Of a DNA stretch of 64,000 bases, positions 51,098 to 60,835 are shown piece after piece. The stretch is from Candidatus Aminicenantes bacterium (GTDB taxonomy: Bacteria > Acidobacteriota > Aminicenantia > Aminicenantales > UBA8522). The stretch is from assembly GCA_017886205.1 (NCBI GenBank), contig JAFNEO010000009.1, positions 71,747 through 135,746 of the forward strand. Reading direction: 5' to 3'. Position numbers and translations under genes: made by a program. Position 1 is the first letter of the stretch. Each line of letters opens with the position of its first letter. The notes under the pieces are model-generated. The model did no database searches. It was not told where the DNA came from and saw nothing but the letters and a program-made list of their open reading frames with translations.

Positions 51098-51950
51098 GTC
51101 GTCTCTCGTTCAGGACGGCCGCCAGCTCGGCTCCCCAGAGCAGGATAACCAGTGAAAAAGAGATCCAGAGCAGGAAAAAGATGATCGAAGTGAGTGTCCC
51201 CTGGACGAGCTTGGAGAGGACGATGCCGATGGCCGAGAAGTTCGCTACATAGAAGGCGAATATTCTTTTAAAGACCTCCCATAGGACAGCGCTGACGACG
51301 GCCGCCACGGCCGCGCTCCGGGTGAAAACCTTGACCTCCGGTATGAACTTGTAAAGGGTGAAAAAGACGAGAAAGGTCAGGGCCAGGGGGACGATGTACT
51401 GGAGGAGGAAGTTATCGACGAGCCCGACGGCGCGGGGGTTGAGGTGGGTGGCGACGAAATTGCTCGTCTGGAGAGCTCGGTGCAGGGCTGTCCAAAAGGC
51501 GGTGATGGCCAAGGAAATGAGCATGATGATGCCCATGGCGAACATAATACTGTATTCGATCAGCCGGTTGTAGACGAAGGACCGCTCGTACTTGGCCCGG
51601 AAGATCATGTTGATGGTGTATATGAGGTTGGAGAACAGGAAGCTGGCGGAGACGAATGACCCGATCAGGCCGAACCACCCGAGGTTGTTGATGTTCCGGG
51701 AGACATCCTGGAGCCTCCCGAAGAAGCTCGGGTCGAGCTTGGCGAAGAACTCGTCCGAGAAAAGGTTCAGGCTGCGCAGGGCGAATTCAGAGCTGCCGAT
51801 GATCTTGGTGGTGACGTAGATGAACAGGGAGACCACGGGAACGGAGCAGATGAAGGCGAAGTAGGAAATGATGATAGCGGAGTTCCAGCACTTGTCGTCG
51901 TTGAACCTTTTGAACGCGTCCCGGAGGATCGTAAATACGGCCAGGCTCAT
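51081..51950 (-). CDS. YihY/BrkB family membrane protein
   Basis: Multiple TM helices; LYKFIP, LWEVFK and ILLWGAEL. Confidence 0.85.
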   Translation of the reverse strand: MSLAVFTILRDAFKRFNDDKCWNSAIIISYFAFICSVPVVSLFIYVTTKIIGSSEFALRSLNLFSDEFFAKLDPSFFGRLQDVSRNINNLGWFGLIGSFVSASFLFSNLIYTINMIFRAKYERSFVYNRLIEYSIMFAMGIIMLISLAITAFWTALHRALQTSNFVATHLNPRAVGLVDNFLLQYIVPLALTFLVFFTLYKFIPEVKVFTRSAAVAAVVSAVLWEVFKRIFAFYVANFSAIGIVLSKLVQGTLTSIIFFLLWISFSLVILLWGAELAAVLNERRHAKNA

Positions 51951-51979
51951 CCGTCCGTCCTATAGAGGCACGGCCTTCC

Positions 51980-52321
51980 TTATTTGTAGTTTCCCCATTG
52001 GATCATCAGGATGACTATGGCGATGAGGAGAGCATAGATGACCAGCGTCTCGATCAGGACCAGGCCGAAGATCATGATGAAGCGGATGGTCGGGGCGGAG
52101 CCCGGGTTGCGGGAGATACCCTCGCAGGCGCTGGAGATGGCCTTGGCCTGGCAGAACGCCCCGGCCGCGGCGGCCAGGGTGATGACCGCTCCGCCGACGA
52201 TGAGGGAGAGCTTGTAGAGGGGGGCCTTGTCGGCGACCGCGCCCGCTTCCTGGGCGAGGAGGGGAGATCCGGCGAGGAGGACGAAAAAGAGCAGGAGGCC
52301 GAAAGCGTGGGTTTTCTTCAT
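51980..52321 (-). CDS. atpE: ATP synthase Fo subunit c, with signal-peptide-like extension
   Basis: RNP loop, LIETLVIY, and an N-terminal MKK-hydrophobic-LLA/QEA segment. Confidence 0.92.
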   Translation of the reverse strand: MKKTHAFGLLLFFVLLAGSPLLAQEAGAVADKAPLYKLSLIVGGAVITLAAAAGAFCQAKAISSACEGISRNPGSAPTIRFIMIFGLVLIETLVIYALLIAIVILMIQWGNYK

Positions 52322-52352
52322 GGTCTCAACTCCTTTCTATTCTTTTCTGTAT

Positions 52353-53099
52353 TTAGTGCTCTTCCTCTTGGATCACCGCGCCCGCGATGTAGATGCAGGC
52401 GAGGAGCACGAAGACGAACGACTGGATGACGGCCGTGAAAATGGCCACGGCCATGAAGGGGAGAGGAAGAACGAAGGGGACGATGGAAGCGATAATGACG
52501 ATGAGCAGTTCCTCGGCGAAGATGTTGCCGAAAAGCCGCAGCGACAGCGACACCGGTCGGGAGAAATGGCTGATGATCTCGATCGGCAGGAGGAGGGGCG
52601 CCAACGCCGGGATGGGGCCGGTGAAATGCTTGAGGTATCTCAGGGGGCCCTGGGCCTTTATCCCCTGCCAATGGTAATAGACGAAAACGGCCAGGGCGCA
52701 GCCGGCGGTGACGTTCAGCTTGCTGGTTGGAGACATAAACCCGGGGACCAGGCCGATCATGTTGGAGCAGAAGATGAAAAGCCCAATCGTGCCGATCATG
52801 GGCAGGTATTTCTTCCCGGTCTCGCCGATGATGTCGGTGAGGATGCCCTCGAAAGTCTGGAGGATCGTCTCGAGGAAGCTTTGCCGGCTGGAAGGGATGA
52901 GGGAGAGCTTCCGGGAGGCCAGGCCGAGCAGGATGATGAGGAGGAGGGCCACGATGATGACCATGACGAGGTAATCGGGGACCGGGCTGTGGGGGTTCTT
53001 GGGCTCAATGCCCAGGAGGCCGAGCAGGGCCAAAATGGGCTTGCCGAAGAGCTTGTTGAAGAGGTCGGCGACGTAAACGCTGTGCTCTAGCCCTTCCAT
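52353..53099 (-). CDS. atpB: ATP synthase Fo subunit a
   Basis: NMIGLVPG, SPT, IEIIS, RPVSLSLRLFGN and IQSFVF motifs. Confidence 0.96.
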   Translation of the reverse strand: MEGLEHSVYVADLFNKLFGKPILALLGLLGIEPKNPHSPVPDYLVMVIIVALLLIILLGLASRKLSLIPSSRQSFLETILQTFEGILTDIIGETGKKYLPMIGTIGLFIFCSNMIGLVPGFMSPTSKLNVTAGCALAVFVYYHWQGIKAQGPLRYLKHFTGPIPALAPLLLPIEIISHFSRPVSLSLRLFGNIFAEELLIVIIASIVPFVLPLPFMAVAIFTAVIQSFVFVLLACIYIAGAVIQEEEH

Positions 53100-53470
53100 T
53101 GTTTCATCTGCGAGACGGCGATCGCGGCCTCAGCTAATATGGCCAGGACGAGGCTCGAAAACCCGGCCACGAAACCCAGGATCATCCTCGGAAATACGAG
53201 GATTATAATGGAAAAAACAGCCAATAGCAAGACGAGGCGGAGGAGGTAGAGGGCGAGGCCCGAACGGACGGCCCGGCGTCTGTCCTGGGAGAGAAAGCGG
53301 AGGAGCGCCTTCTTCAGCCAGATAAAGCTCAGGGCGGAGAAAATGCCTCCGGCCAGGATAAAAACGCCGGTCAGGGGGGTGAAGAAGAGGAGGGCGATAA
53401 TAGCCAGGACAAACGCGATGATGGGGACTTCCAGAGGAATCCGGCGGAGAACCCGCTCTTCATAGTTCAT
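53087..53470 (-). CDS. atpI: ATP synthase protein I
   Basis: Four-TM protein between atpZ and atpB; ATG at 53470 (MNYEERV). Confidence 0.8.
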   Translation of the reverse strand: MNYEERVLRRIPLEVPIIAFVLAIIALLFFTPLTGVFILAGGIFSALSFIWLKKALLRFLSQDRRRAVRSGLALYLLRLVLLLAVFSIIILVFPRMILGFVAGFSSLVLAILAEAAIAVSQMKQWKG

Positions 53471-53711
53471 CGTCTTTGTCCAGGCCGAGCTTTTTGAGGC
53501 CGCGGAAGAGGCTGAGAAAACCGGAGGCCACACCGAGAAGCGTGAATATAATGAGGAGCCAGGGGTCTGTTCCCAGGAGCTTGTCCAGGAAATACCCCAT
53601 GAACAACCCGACGGCGATGGAGGCGGGCAGCATCAGGCCGAGTGAACTCAGCGCGGCGACCTTGCGGTAGTTCGAGCGGCGGGGCGGACGGTCGGGCTCG
53701 AGAAATTTCAT
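53460..53711 (-). CDS. AtpZ/AtpI-family (ATPase gene 1) protein
   Basis: GYFLDKLLGTDPWLLIIFTLLG. Confidence 0.88.
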   Translation of the reverse strand: MKFLEPDRPPRRSNYRKVAALSSLGLMLPASIAVGLFMGYFLDKLLGTDPWLLIIFTLLGVASGFLSLFRGLKKLGLDKDDEL

Positions 53712-53766
53712 AACGCGGTTAAATTTTTACCGTATTTATCGGAAATGTCAAACGTCTCTCCGAAAT

Positions 53767-53790
53767 AAAAAAAGCGGTTCGGAACCGCTT
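53767..53790 (-). terminator. Intrinsic terminator downstream of the O-antigen-ligase-like gene
   Basis: AAGCGGTT/AACCGCTT stem followed by a T7 run on the minus strand. Confidence 0.7.
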
Positions 53791-53848
53791 ATTCTGTTTT
53801 TCTAATTGGCGAGCTTTAGGCTAACGTCAATCCTGAATTGTTTATAGT

Positions 53849-55921
53849 TTAGGGATCCATCTTTTCCTTGAACTCAATTTTTCCCATGGCCACGCCCAAA
53901 TTCCGTGGGTCGGGAGTGCCCAGACTTTTTAGAGGATTCCAGGTTCTATTTACCTTTACCAGTAGAATGAGCTCTTGGCCGACTTCCTCAGGCACTTCAT
54001 ATTCACAGGTTTTCCAGATACTCTGATTCAGAGTCAATTCATCCAGCAGTTTTTTCTGTTTAAAAAAATTTTTAACAAGGTAAATCTTGACTTTGACCGG
54101 ATTTTGCTGGATATCGGGATGAGAGGCGAGGAGCGGGATTTCGATGACAGGCTTTTCAATCTTGACAGTTAGGCCCCCATATTCTCTTGTCCAGCGAAAT
54201 TCTCGGCCCTCATTGGTTTTTTCAAGCTGGTAGAACCCGAAATCTTGCTTGATTCCGAGAAGTTCGGTCCGATTTTTCAGAGAAAGCGAATGGGTAGAAT
54301 TCCAGAGATGCACAGCGCTGAAAAGTGAGAGAACAATGAGGCTGATAATTTTTTGCGTTTTGTTGAAGAGAGGTTTTTGCTTATACTTTTCGTCTTTTCC
54401 TTCGCCGGGCCGGCCAAGACAAAAGACTATCCCAACTAGGAGCCAAAAGGTGTACTTGATCTCGTAACTGCCTATAAATGTATGTGTTTGAATGATCAAG
54501 AGAAAAGAAACGATGCCGGCGATGGCTCCGATGAGAACAAACTTGTAGTTATCTGTTGCGGGAATTTTTAAATAGCTACTCCTTATCTGCTTGATGATTT
54601 CCCATAGAATCCAAAGAACTAATATTACTCCGACTAGGCCCAATTCAGAGCCGACTTGGAGGATATAGTTCTCGGCGGATTCGGGATCAACATAGATTTT
54701 TTTCAGTGTTGAGTAATTTGAGACTTCGATAATATAAGAGCCTACCCCCACGCCTGTTAACGGATACTCCTTCATCATTAACACTGCCAATTTTCCGAGA
54801 TTATATATTCTATATTTCAATGGGGCCTGGAAGTCTTTAAGCCTTAACACCGTAATTGAGCTTTTTATATTTTGGACAAAATAATTTTTAAAGGCGATCA
54901 CGCTGATTAAGATGGCGAAAATTAAAAGAATGACAACCCAAGAGGAGACCCTAATCTTTTTTAGAGAATAATACCTTGATTTCAGAAGAGAAAAAATAAC
55001 TTTTAAAGACAGAAGAGAAAAAATCAAAAGAGAGATGAGGAGACACAATAAACCACTTTTTGATCCTGTATAGAAAATCAAATAGACCGACAAGGGTATC
55101 ATAAGAAAGGAGAAGACTCGTAGTTTTCCTTTGAAGGCCAAACACACTCCTAAAAGCAGAGGTGCGACGATGGCGATATAACCCCCAAAAGATAGACAGT
55201 CTTTAAAAGTTGCGTTTATTAGGCCCGCAACAAATCTTGACGGAGTGTTTCCTAATTTCATGTTTTTCAGATGCTGAAATAAGCCGAAACTCAAAGAGAT
55301 AAGTGTGCTTAGGCACAGGATAACCAAAGTTTTTTTTATAAAATCTCTTGATCTTACTGTATTTAAAAATATGAAAAAGAATGCAAAGCCGGTTAAGTAA
55401 TTTAAAGAAAAAAACACAATGCTCATGATGGCGCCCCCCGCCGTAACTCCATAAGTACTGGTCGTTAGCTCGTAGATGCGATCGCTAAAAAAAGGATAAA
55501 AGTTGGAATAACGAAGAAAGGCGATGATTCCCGAGAGAAAGATGGTTATCGAAAATAGAATAAGAGGCTTTGAAATTGGCTCTTTAAAAGAAATCGTTGA
55601 TCTGTAGAATAACTTATGGAGCAAAAAGCCTAAAAAATAGAACAAAAATAAGACCAGGGCCGTCGGTGCGTGAGGAGTATTTTCGAAGATTCCGAAAAAA
55701 TAGGGTAGGCTATTGATCAAGGGAAAAGCGAAGATAAAAAGTAAGGTTCCCCATTGAGAATGAATTGCGGTAAGAATAAGAATAGCTAAAAGAATAGGAA
55801 CTAAAGCAATCTGAAACGGCTTAACGAGCGGAACATACCGGAAATAAAAAAGATAGAGACCAATAGTATAAATGACAATAACCAGAGCAAGGATCAAATT
55901 TGCTCTTCTATTCTTAATCAT
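53849..55921 (-). CDS. O-antigen ligase/Wzy_C family membrane protein with a C-terminal soluble domain
   Basis: Many TM helices; ATF, TGSKSG, YPLTGVGVGSY and SAENYILQVGSELGLVG. Visibly AT-richer than the backbone. Confidence 0.8.
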   Translation of the reverse strand: MIKNRRANLILALVIVIYTIGLYLFYFRYVPLVKPFQIALVPILLAILILTAIHSQWGTLLFIFAFPLINSLPYFFGIFENTPHAPTALVLFLFYFLGFLLHKLFYRSTISFKEPISKPLILFSITIFLSGIIAFLRYSNFYPFFSDRIYELTTSTYGVTAGGAIMSIVFFSLNYLTGFAFFFIFLNTVRSRDFIKKTLVILCLSTLISLSFGLFQHLKNMKLGNTPSRFVAGLINATFKDCLSFGGYIAIVAPLLLGVCLAFKGKLRVFSFLMIPLSVYLIFYTGSKSGLLCLLISLLIFSLLSLKVIFSLLKSRYYSLKKIRVSSWVVILLIFAILISVIAFKNYFVQNIKSSITVLRLKDFQAPLKYRIYNLGKLAVLMMKEYPLTGVGVGSYIIEVSNYSTLKKIYVDPESAENYILQVGSELGLVGVILVLWILWEIIKQIRSSYLKIPATDNYKFVLIGAIAGIVSFLLIIQTHTFIGSYEIKYTFWLLVGIVFCLGRPGEGKDEKYKQKPLFNKTQKIISLIVLSLFSAVHLWNSTHSLSLKNRTELLGIKQDFGFYQLEKTNEGREFRWTREYGGLTVKIEKPVIEIPLLASHPDIQQNPVKVKIYLVKNFFKQKKLLDELTLNQSIWKTCEYEVPEEVGQELILLVKVNRTWNPLKSLGTPDPRNLGVAMGKIEFKEKMDP

Positions 55922-55982
55922 TAGAACTCACTATCCAGGAGGACGAATTCGGTAGTCTGGAGACAGGCCGCCCCGCCGGCGC

Positions 55983-57866
55983 CTACCGCCCGCCGCCGCG
56001 CCAGTCTCCCTGATAACCGATGCCCATTTCCTGGAAGTGGCAGATGATCTCGGCGTCCTGGCCTTTTTCCGCGGCCGCGACCAATTCTTCAAGCCTTTTT
56101 CCGAGATCGCTGTTCACGTAGTCCACCGGCGGCGCGACGAAGATCTTCTCAAACTGCGTGACCTTGTCCCGTTCCTTGTCGATCATAATCTCTTCGTAGA
56201 GTTTCTCTCCCGGCCGTAATCCCGTATACGTGATCTCGATATCGTCATCCTTGAACCCGGAGAGCCGGATGAGGTCCATGGCCAGGTCGCTGATCTTCAC
56301 CATCTTCCCCATGTCAAGGACAAAGATCTCGCCTTTGGTCCCGATCGAGCCCGCCTGGATGATGAGGGAAACCGCCTCCGCGATCGACATAAAGAACCGT
56401 TCGACGTCCGGGTGGGTCACCGTCACCGGCCCGCCGTGGGCGATCTGCTTCTGAAAAAGCGGAACAACGCTTCCCCGGCTTCCCAGGACGTTCCCGAACC
56501 TCACGCATGAGAACTTCGTCCCGCTCTTGGCCGCGATGTCCTGGATGATGACCTCGCCCACCTTCTTGGTGGCCCCCATGACGCTCGTCGGGTTCACGGC
56601 CTTGTCCGAGGAGATGAAGATGAAGCTTTCCACCCCATACCGGTCGGCCAGCCTCGCCACGTTCAACGTTCCCTGCACGTTGTTGATGACCGCCTCGCTG
56701 ACGTTGAATTCCATGAGCGGGACGTGTTTATGGGCCGCCGCGTGGAAGATGACCTCGGGCTTGGAATTGGCGAAGATCGTCTCAAATTGCTTTGCGTTCT
56801 TGATATTGGAGATGATGGGAGTCACCCGCAATCCCTTCGCGCAGCCTTGGAGTTCGTTGTCGATCTCGAAGATGCTGTTCTCGTCCTTATCTATGAGGAT
56901 AAGCTCGTTCGGCCAATACGTGCACAACTGCCGGCACAACTCGCTCCCGATGGATCCCCCGGCCCCTGTCACAAGGATGCGTTTGCCCCGATAGTGCTTT
57001 TCGACGTCGGGATGGTGCGTCTCGATATCGACGACACTCCTTCCCAGCAGGTCATCGATATTGACCTCCCGAATCTTGGTGATCTTGACTTTATCGTCAA
57101 GCATCTCGAACATCCCGGGGACGATCTTGACCTTGATGTCAGCGCCCTCGCACAGCTCGACGATCCGCCGGATCTCCCGCGAAGACGCGTTGGCAATGGT
57201 AATGATAGCCTCTTCGATTTTCAATCGCTTGGCAATCTCAGGGATCTGAGCCGTACTCCCGAGGATCTTTATCCCCTGGATGACGTTGTTGAACTTCTTG
57301 GGGTCGTCGTCGACGAAGCCCGCGACCTCCAATCCCAGGTCGGGCCTCTGGCTCAGCTCCTTGGCCACCATGTTCCCGGCGTCGCCCGCACCAATGAGGA
57401 GAGCTCGCTTGGCCGCTCCGTTCCTGCGGCGGGTGGCGCTTTCCCTCTGCGTCGCCTCCAATGAGAGCCTGCGTATCATTCGAATGCCCGCCGTCCCCAA
57501 GATCACCAGCAGGAATTCGAGGGTGATGACGCTGATGGGGATGCGAAGCATCGCGAGGCGGTCGGGGGCGAAGTAGCGGGCAATGATCAGGATGGCGGTT
57601 ATCGGGAGGACGCCCTTGATGATGCGCCCGACGTCATGGATGGAGATGTAGCGCCAGACTATCTTGTAGACAGAAACTGCCTGGAAGGATAATGCCCGAG
57701 CGATGATTATATAGGGCAGCAGAACGGTTATTTGTCTGATGAATTCATCCGGGATGACACCCTCGAAGCGGATGAAATACGCCGCGAACAAAGACAGGGC
57801 AAATACTATCAGGTCGATGAACCCCTGGCTGACCTTACTGAAAACGCGACTGATGATCGAATTCAT
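55983..57866 (-). CDS. Membrane-bound UDP-sugar 4,6-dehydratase (PglF/CapD/WbpM family)
   Basis: N-terminal TM helices; GAGGSIGSEL, HAAAHKHVP, ISSDKAVNP, MGATK, RFGNVLGS and GLRPGEKLYEE motifs. Confidence 0.93.
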   Translation of the reverse strand: MNSIISRVFSKVSQGFIDLIVFALSLFAAYFIRFEGVIPDEFIRQITVLLPYIIIARALSFQAVSVYKIVWRYISIHDVGRIIKGVLPITAILIIARYFAPDRLAMLRIPISVITLEFLLVILGTAGIRMIRRLSLEATQRESATRRRNGAAKRALLIGAGDAGNMVAKELSQRPDLGLEVAGFVDDDPKKFNNVIQGIKILGSTAQIPEIAKRLKIEEAIITIANASSREIRRIVELCEGADIKVKIVPGMFEMLDDKVKITKIREVNIDDLLGRSVVDIETHHPDVEKHYRGKRILVTGAGGSIGSELCRQLCTYWPNELILIDKDENSIFEIDNELQGCAKGLRVTPIISNIKNAKQFETIFANSKPEVIFHAAAHKHVPLMEFNVSEAVINNVQGTLNVARLADRYGVESFIFISSDKAVNPTSVMGATKKVGEVIIQDIAAKSGTKFSCVRFGNVLGSRGSVVPLFQKQIAHGGPVTVTHPDVERFFMSIAEAVSLIIQAGSIGTKGEIFVLDMGKMVKISDLAMDLIRLSGFKDDDIEITYTGLRPGEKLYEEIMIDKERDKVTQFEKIFVAPPVDYVNSDLGKRLEELVAAAEKGQDAEIICHFQEMGIGYQGDWRGGGR

Positions 57867-57925
57867 CTTCCTGTTCTCATCAATAAAATCCCCGCCGTGG
57901 GGACCATCGAAAACGGGTTGCGCAA

Positions 57926-59083
57926 CTACCCAGCTTTACAGCAGCTTTTGATGATTCCTACCACGCGCTCGAGGTCATTGTAGGTCATCTGGCTTCCGGA
58001 AGGCAAGCATAACCCGCGCTTGAAGAGGCCGGCGGATACGGCCCCTCCCCGGACACGGCATCCGGCGAACACCGGCTGGAGGTGCATCGGCTTCCATAGG
58101 GGGCGCGCTTCTATATTCTCATTTTCAAGGGCGAGGCGGATGTCCTCCCGGTTTGCCCCGAATGCCTCCGGATCGACGACGATACAGGTTAACCATCGCG
58201 TACAGCGTCCGTAAGGCGCTTCCGGCATGAAGGAAATCCCGGGCAGTTGCCCCAGATGCTGCTGATAATAATCGAAATTGCGCCTTCGAGCCTTGACACG
58301 TTCATCAAGCACTCTCAGCTGTCCGCGCCCGATAGCCGCAAGGATATTGCTCATTCGGTAATTGTATCCGATCGTAGAATGCTGATAATGGGGTGCCGGA
58401 TCCCTAGCCTGGGTGGCCAGGAAACGAGCTCGGGCAATGAGCGATTCTTCGTCTGAAACAAGCATTCCTCCGCCGGAAGTCGTAATGATTTTGTTTCCGT
58501 TGAAAGAAAATACAGCCATCTTTCCGAAGGCTCCGGCCTTTTTCCCGTTGCACGTCGCCCCGAGCGCCTCGGCCGCGTCCTCGACGAGCGGCACCTCGTA
58601 TCTCTGGCAGATCTCTTCGATCCTTCCGTAATCGGCGCACTGGCCGTAGAGATCGACAGTCATGACGGCCCCGGGCCTTCGTCCCCTCTCCGCGCATGCA
58701 GTCAATTCCTCCTCGAGCATGTCCGGGTCGATGTTCCAGGTCTTCCGGTCGCAGTCGATGAACACGGGCTCCCCGCCCGCGTATACGATCGCGTTGGCCG
58801 AGGCGCTGAACGTCAGCGTCGGACACAGGACCTCGTCGCCGGACTTTACCCAGAGGAGCATAAGGGCAAGGTGAAGCGCCGCCGTCCCCGACATAAGCGC
58901 CGCTGCGTGCGGAATCCCCACATACTCGCATATCTCCCTCTCGAAGGCATCGACCATCGGACCGAGCGGCGCGATCCAGTTCGACCGGAACGCCTCGGCC
59001 ACGAACTCCTGTTCGTGGCCGGACATGTGGGGCGGGGAGAGGTAGATGCGAGGTTTATTATTTCTGTTGTTGCGTTTGTTCAT
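57926..59083 (-). CDS. DegT/DnrJ family aminotransferase (PglE/EpsN-like)
   Basis: IYLSPPHM, SGTAALH, EDAAEALG, SFNGNKIITTSGGG, GYNYRMSN and CLPSG motifs. Confidence 0.93.
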   Translation of the reverse strand: MNKRNNRNNKPRIYLSPPHMSGHEQEFVAEAFRSNWIAPLGPMVDAFEREICEYVGIPHAAALMSGTAALHLALMLLWVKSGDEVLCPTLTFSASANAIVYAGGEPVFIDCDRKTWNIDPDMLEEELTACAERGRRPGAVMTVDLYGQCADYGRIEEICQRYEVPLVEDAAEALGATCNGKKAGAFGKMAVFSFNGNKIITTSGGGMLVSDEESLIARARFLATQARDPAPHYQHSTIGYNYRMSNILAAIGRGQLRVLDERVKARRRNFDYYQQHLGQLPGISFMPEAPYGRCTRWLTCIVVDPEAFGANREDIRLALENENIEARPLWKPMHLQPVFAGCRVRGGAVSAGLFKRGLCLPSGSQMTYNDLERVVGIIKSCCKAG

Positions 59084-59358
59084 GTAATATCTCTTGTTCT
59101 AACCCCGGTATGTGGGGAAGAATCCGGCTTGTGCTTGCCAGTTCCGCCCTTTATTATTTCCCCAAATCCTGCGTCTACCCAGGGAGCTTCGTGAACCGTT
59201 TTGAACTCGATTTTGTCAATTGCAATTATAGAGTCCAGAATGTCCTAGTGCGGCAGGAAAGCATCAGGAGCGGCTCCTCGGCGCAGTCCGGAGAGCGGAT
59301 GCGGGCAAACCCGCACTGAAACGACGGAGACGGCCGTAAGCGGCGGGATTCTCGCCCC

Positions 59359-59481
59359 TCAGCCCCGGCCGGGAAAGCACGGTTTGCGTTTCCCGATAAA
59401 AGCATCCATCCCCTCGCGGCGATCGTCGGTTCCGAAGGCGAGCGCGCACATTTGTTTTTCAAGCTCCATGGCCTTCTCCAT
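59359..59481 (-). pseudogene. Enoyl-CoA hydratase C-terminal remnant
   Basis: MEKAMELEKQMCALAFGTDDRREGMDAFIGKRKPCFPGR matches the crotonase C-terminal pattern D-x-x-EG-x-x-AF-x-x-KR-x-P-x-F-x-G. Confidence 0.65.
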
Positions 59482-59996
59482 CATTTTTCGCGGATACGAG
59501 GCCTTGTCCCGACCACCCGGACAGGGGCGCCGACATTGATCGTCCACGGCTCGATGTCTTTCAAGACGATGCCGCCGCTGCCGACGATCGCCCCCTCCCC
59601 GATCGTGACGTTCGGATGGATGATGGCATTGGCCCCGATAAAGACGTCTTTCTTCAAGACGATCTTTCCCCGGATCACGTACTGCTCCTCCGGGGGGATG
59701 AGCGGGCTGATCCGCCGGCCGTCGCCGTAATGATGCGTCCCGGTGATCAGACGGCTGCCGGTCGCGATTCCGACATAATCCTCGGTGATGAGCTCGCCTC
59801 CGCCGACGACGCTGATGAACGAGGCGAAATGGTTCAACCGGCCGATCTTGACGCCTTGGCCGCCGTAAATGAAGACGAAGTCGTCGATTTGAGTCCCATC
59901 CCCGATCTCGACCACCTCGGGCATGACGATCTTGGCCAGCGGAAAAATCTTCACGCTTTTGCCTAGAGACTTGAGTTTCTGAAGATCGGTCAGCAT
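59481..59996 (-). CDS. Hexapeptide-repeat acyltransferase
   Basis: ATG at 59996 (MLTDLQKL); IDDFVFI, VFIGANAII and GAP motifs. Confidence 0.85.
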   Translation of the reverse strand: MLTDLQKLKSLGKSVKIFPLAKIVMPEVVEIGDGTQIDDFVFIYGGQGVKIGRLNHFASFISVVGGGELITEDYVGIATGSRLITGTHHYGDGRRISPLIPPEEQYVIRGKIVLKKDVFIGANAIIHPNVTIGEGAIVGSGGIVLKDIEPWTINVGAPVRVVGTRPRIREK

Positions 59997-60697
59997 CAAG
60001 AGTTCTCCTTTCCACGGTGTTCCCTTCGGGCTTCCGGAACGGGGCCCGTTCCCATGAATTCCTCCATCGTGGCCTGCCCCGGCTGGCTGATGCCCTCTCC
60101 CGACAAGACCCGCATCATGGTCAGACCGAGGATTTCCACGTCCAATACAAAAGACCAATGATCGACGTACCAGACGTCGTACCGAAACTTTTCCTCCCAG
60201 GTCAGGGCGTTGCGTCCGTGAACCTGAGCCCAGCCCGTGATCCCCGGCATGACATCGTGACGCCGCGCCTGCTCGGGGGTGTAACGGGCTAAATACTGGA
60301 CGACGAGCGGCCGCGGCCCGACGATGCTCATGTCTCCCTTCAGGACGTTCCAAAGCTCGGGAAGCTCGTCGAGGCTCGTCCGCCGCAGCCACCGGCCGAA
60401 CGAGGTCAACCGGTCCGCGTCGAGAAGCAATCGGCCGCTCTCGTCGCGGTCGTCCCGCATCGTCTTGAACTTCCAAAGCTGGAACAGCCGGCCACGATAC
60501 CCCGGCCGCCAATGTCTGAAAAAAACGCCTCCGCCGAAATGGGCTTTGACCGCGATCGCCAACGGAAGGAAAAGAGGCAGGAGAAGGATGAGCCCGAATA
60601 CACTCGCGCCCACGTCGAATCCTCGTTTCAGGAATCGACCGAATTTTCTCGCCACGTCGGAGCGACGTCTACGAAAAATGCCTCTGGATGGTTGCAT
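59996..60697 (-). CDS. Small monotopic phosphoglycosyltransferase (PglC-like)
   Basis: KRGFD, KFKTM, LRRTSLDELPEL, MSIVGPRP, PGITGWAQ and D..Y motifs. Start codon uncertain. Confidence 0.9.
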   Translation of the reverse strand: MQPSRGIFRRRRSDVARKFGRFLKRGFDVGASVFGLILLLPLFLPLAIAVKAHFGGGVFFRHWRPGYRGRLFQLWKFKTMRDDRDESGRLLLDADRLTSFGRWLRRTSLDELPELWNVLKGDMSIVGPRPLVVQYLARYTPEQARRHDVMPGITGWAQVHGRNALTWEEKFRYDVWYVDHWSFVLDVEILGLTMMRVLSGEGISQPGQATMEEFMGTGPVPEARREHRGKENS

Positions 60698-60835
60698 ACG
60701 CTTTTTCTACGGTCCAATGAGCCTCCAAATACGCCCGGAGGGATAAGAATTTGCTTTTCGGCTCCGCCCGCCTACGGGCACGGTTTCGGCTCGATGGCTC
60801 CATTTCTCCAAGGGATAGGTAACATGATGATGTGA

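Noticed and set aside
59084-59225. ops/JUMPstart antitermination element upstream of the aminotransferase
   Set aside because: Only GGGCGGAAC was found, not GGCGGTAG.
59296-59360. c-di-GMP-I riboswitch-like string GGCAAACC...GAAA...GACG
   Set aside because: The stem flanking GAAA does not pair, GCAAAGC is missing, and it lies on the strand opposite the neighbouring genes. Plain hairpins explain it.
59997-60512. N-terminal half of the 343-aa ORF 59481-60512
   Set aside because: It overlaps the PGT in another frame; the acyltransferase starts at the ATG at 59996.
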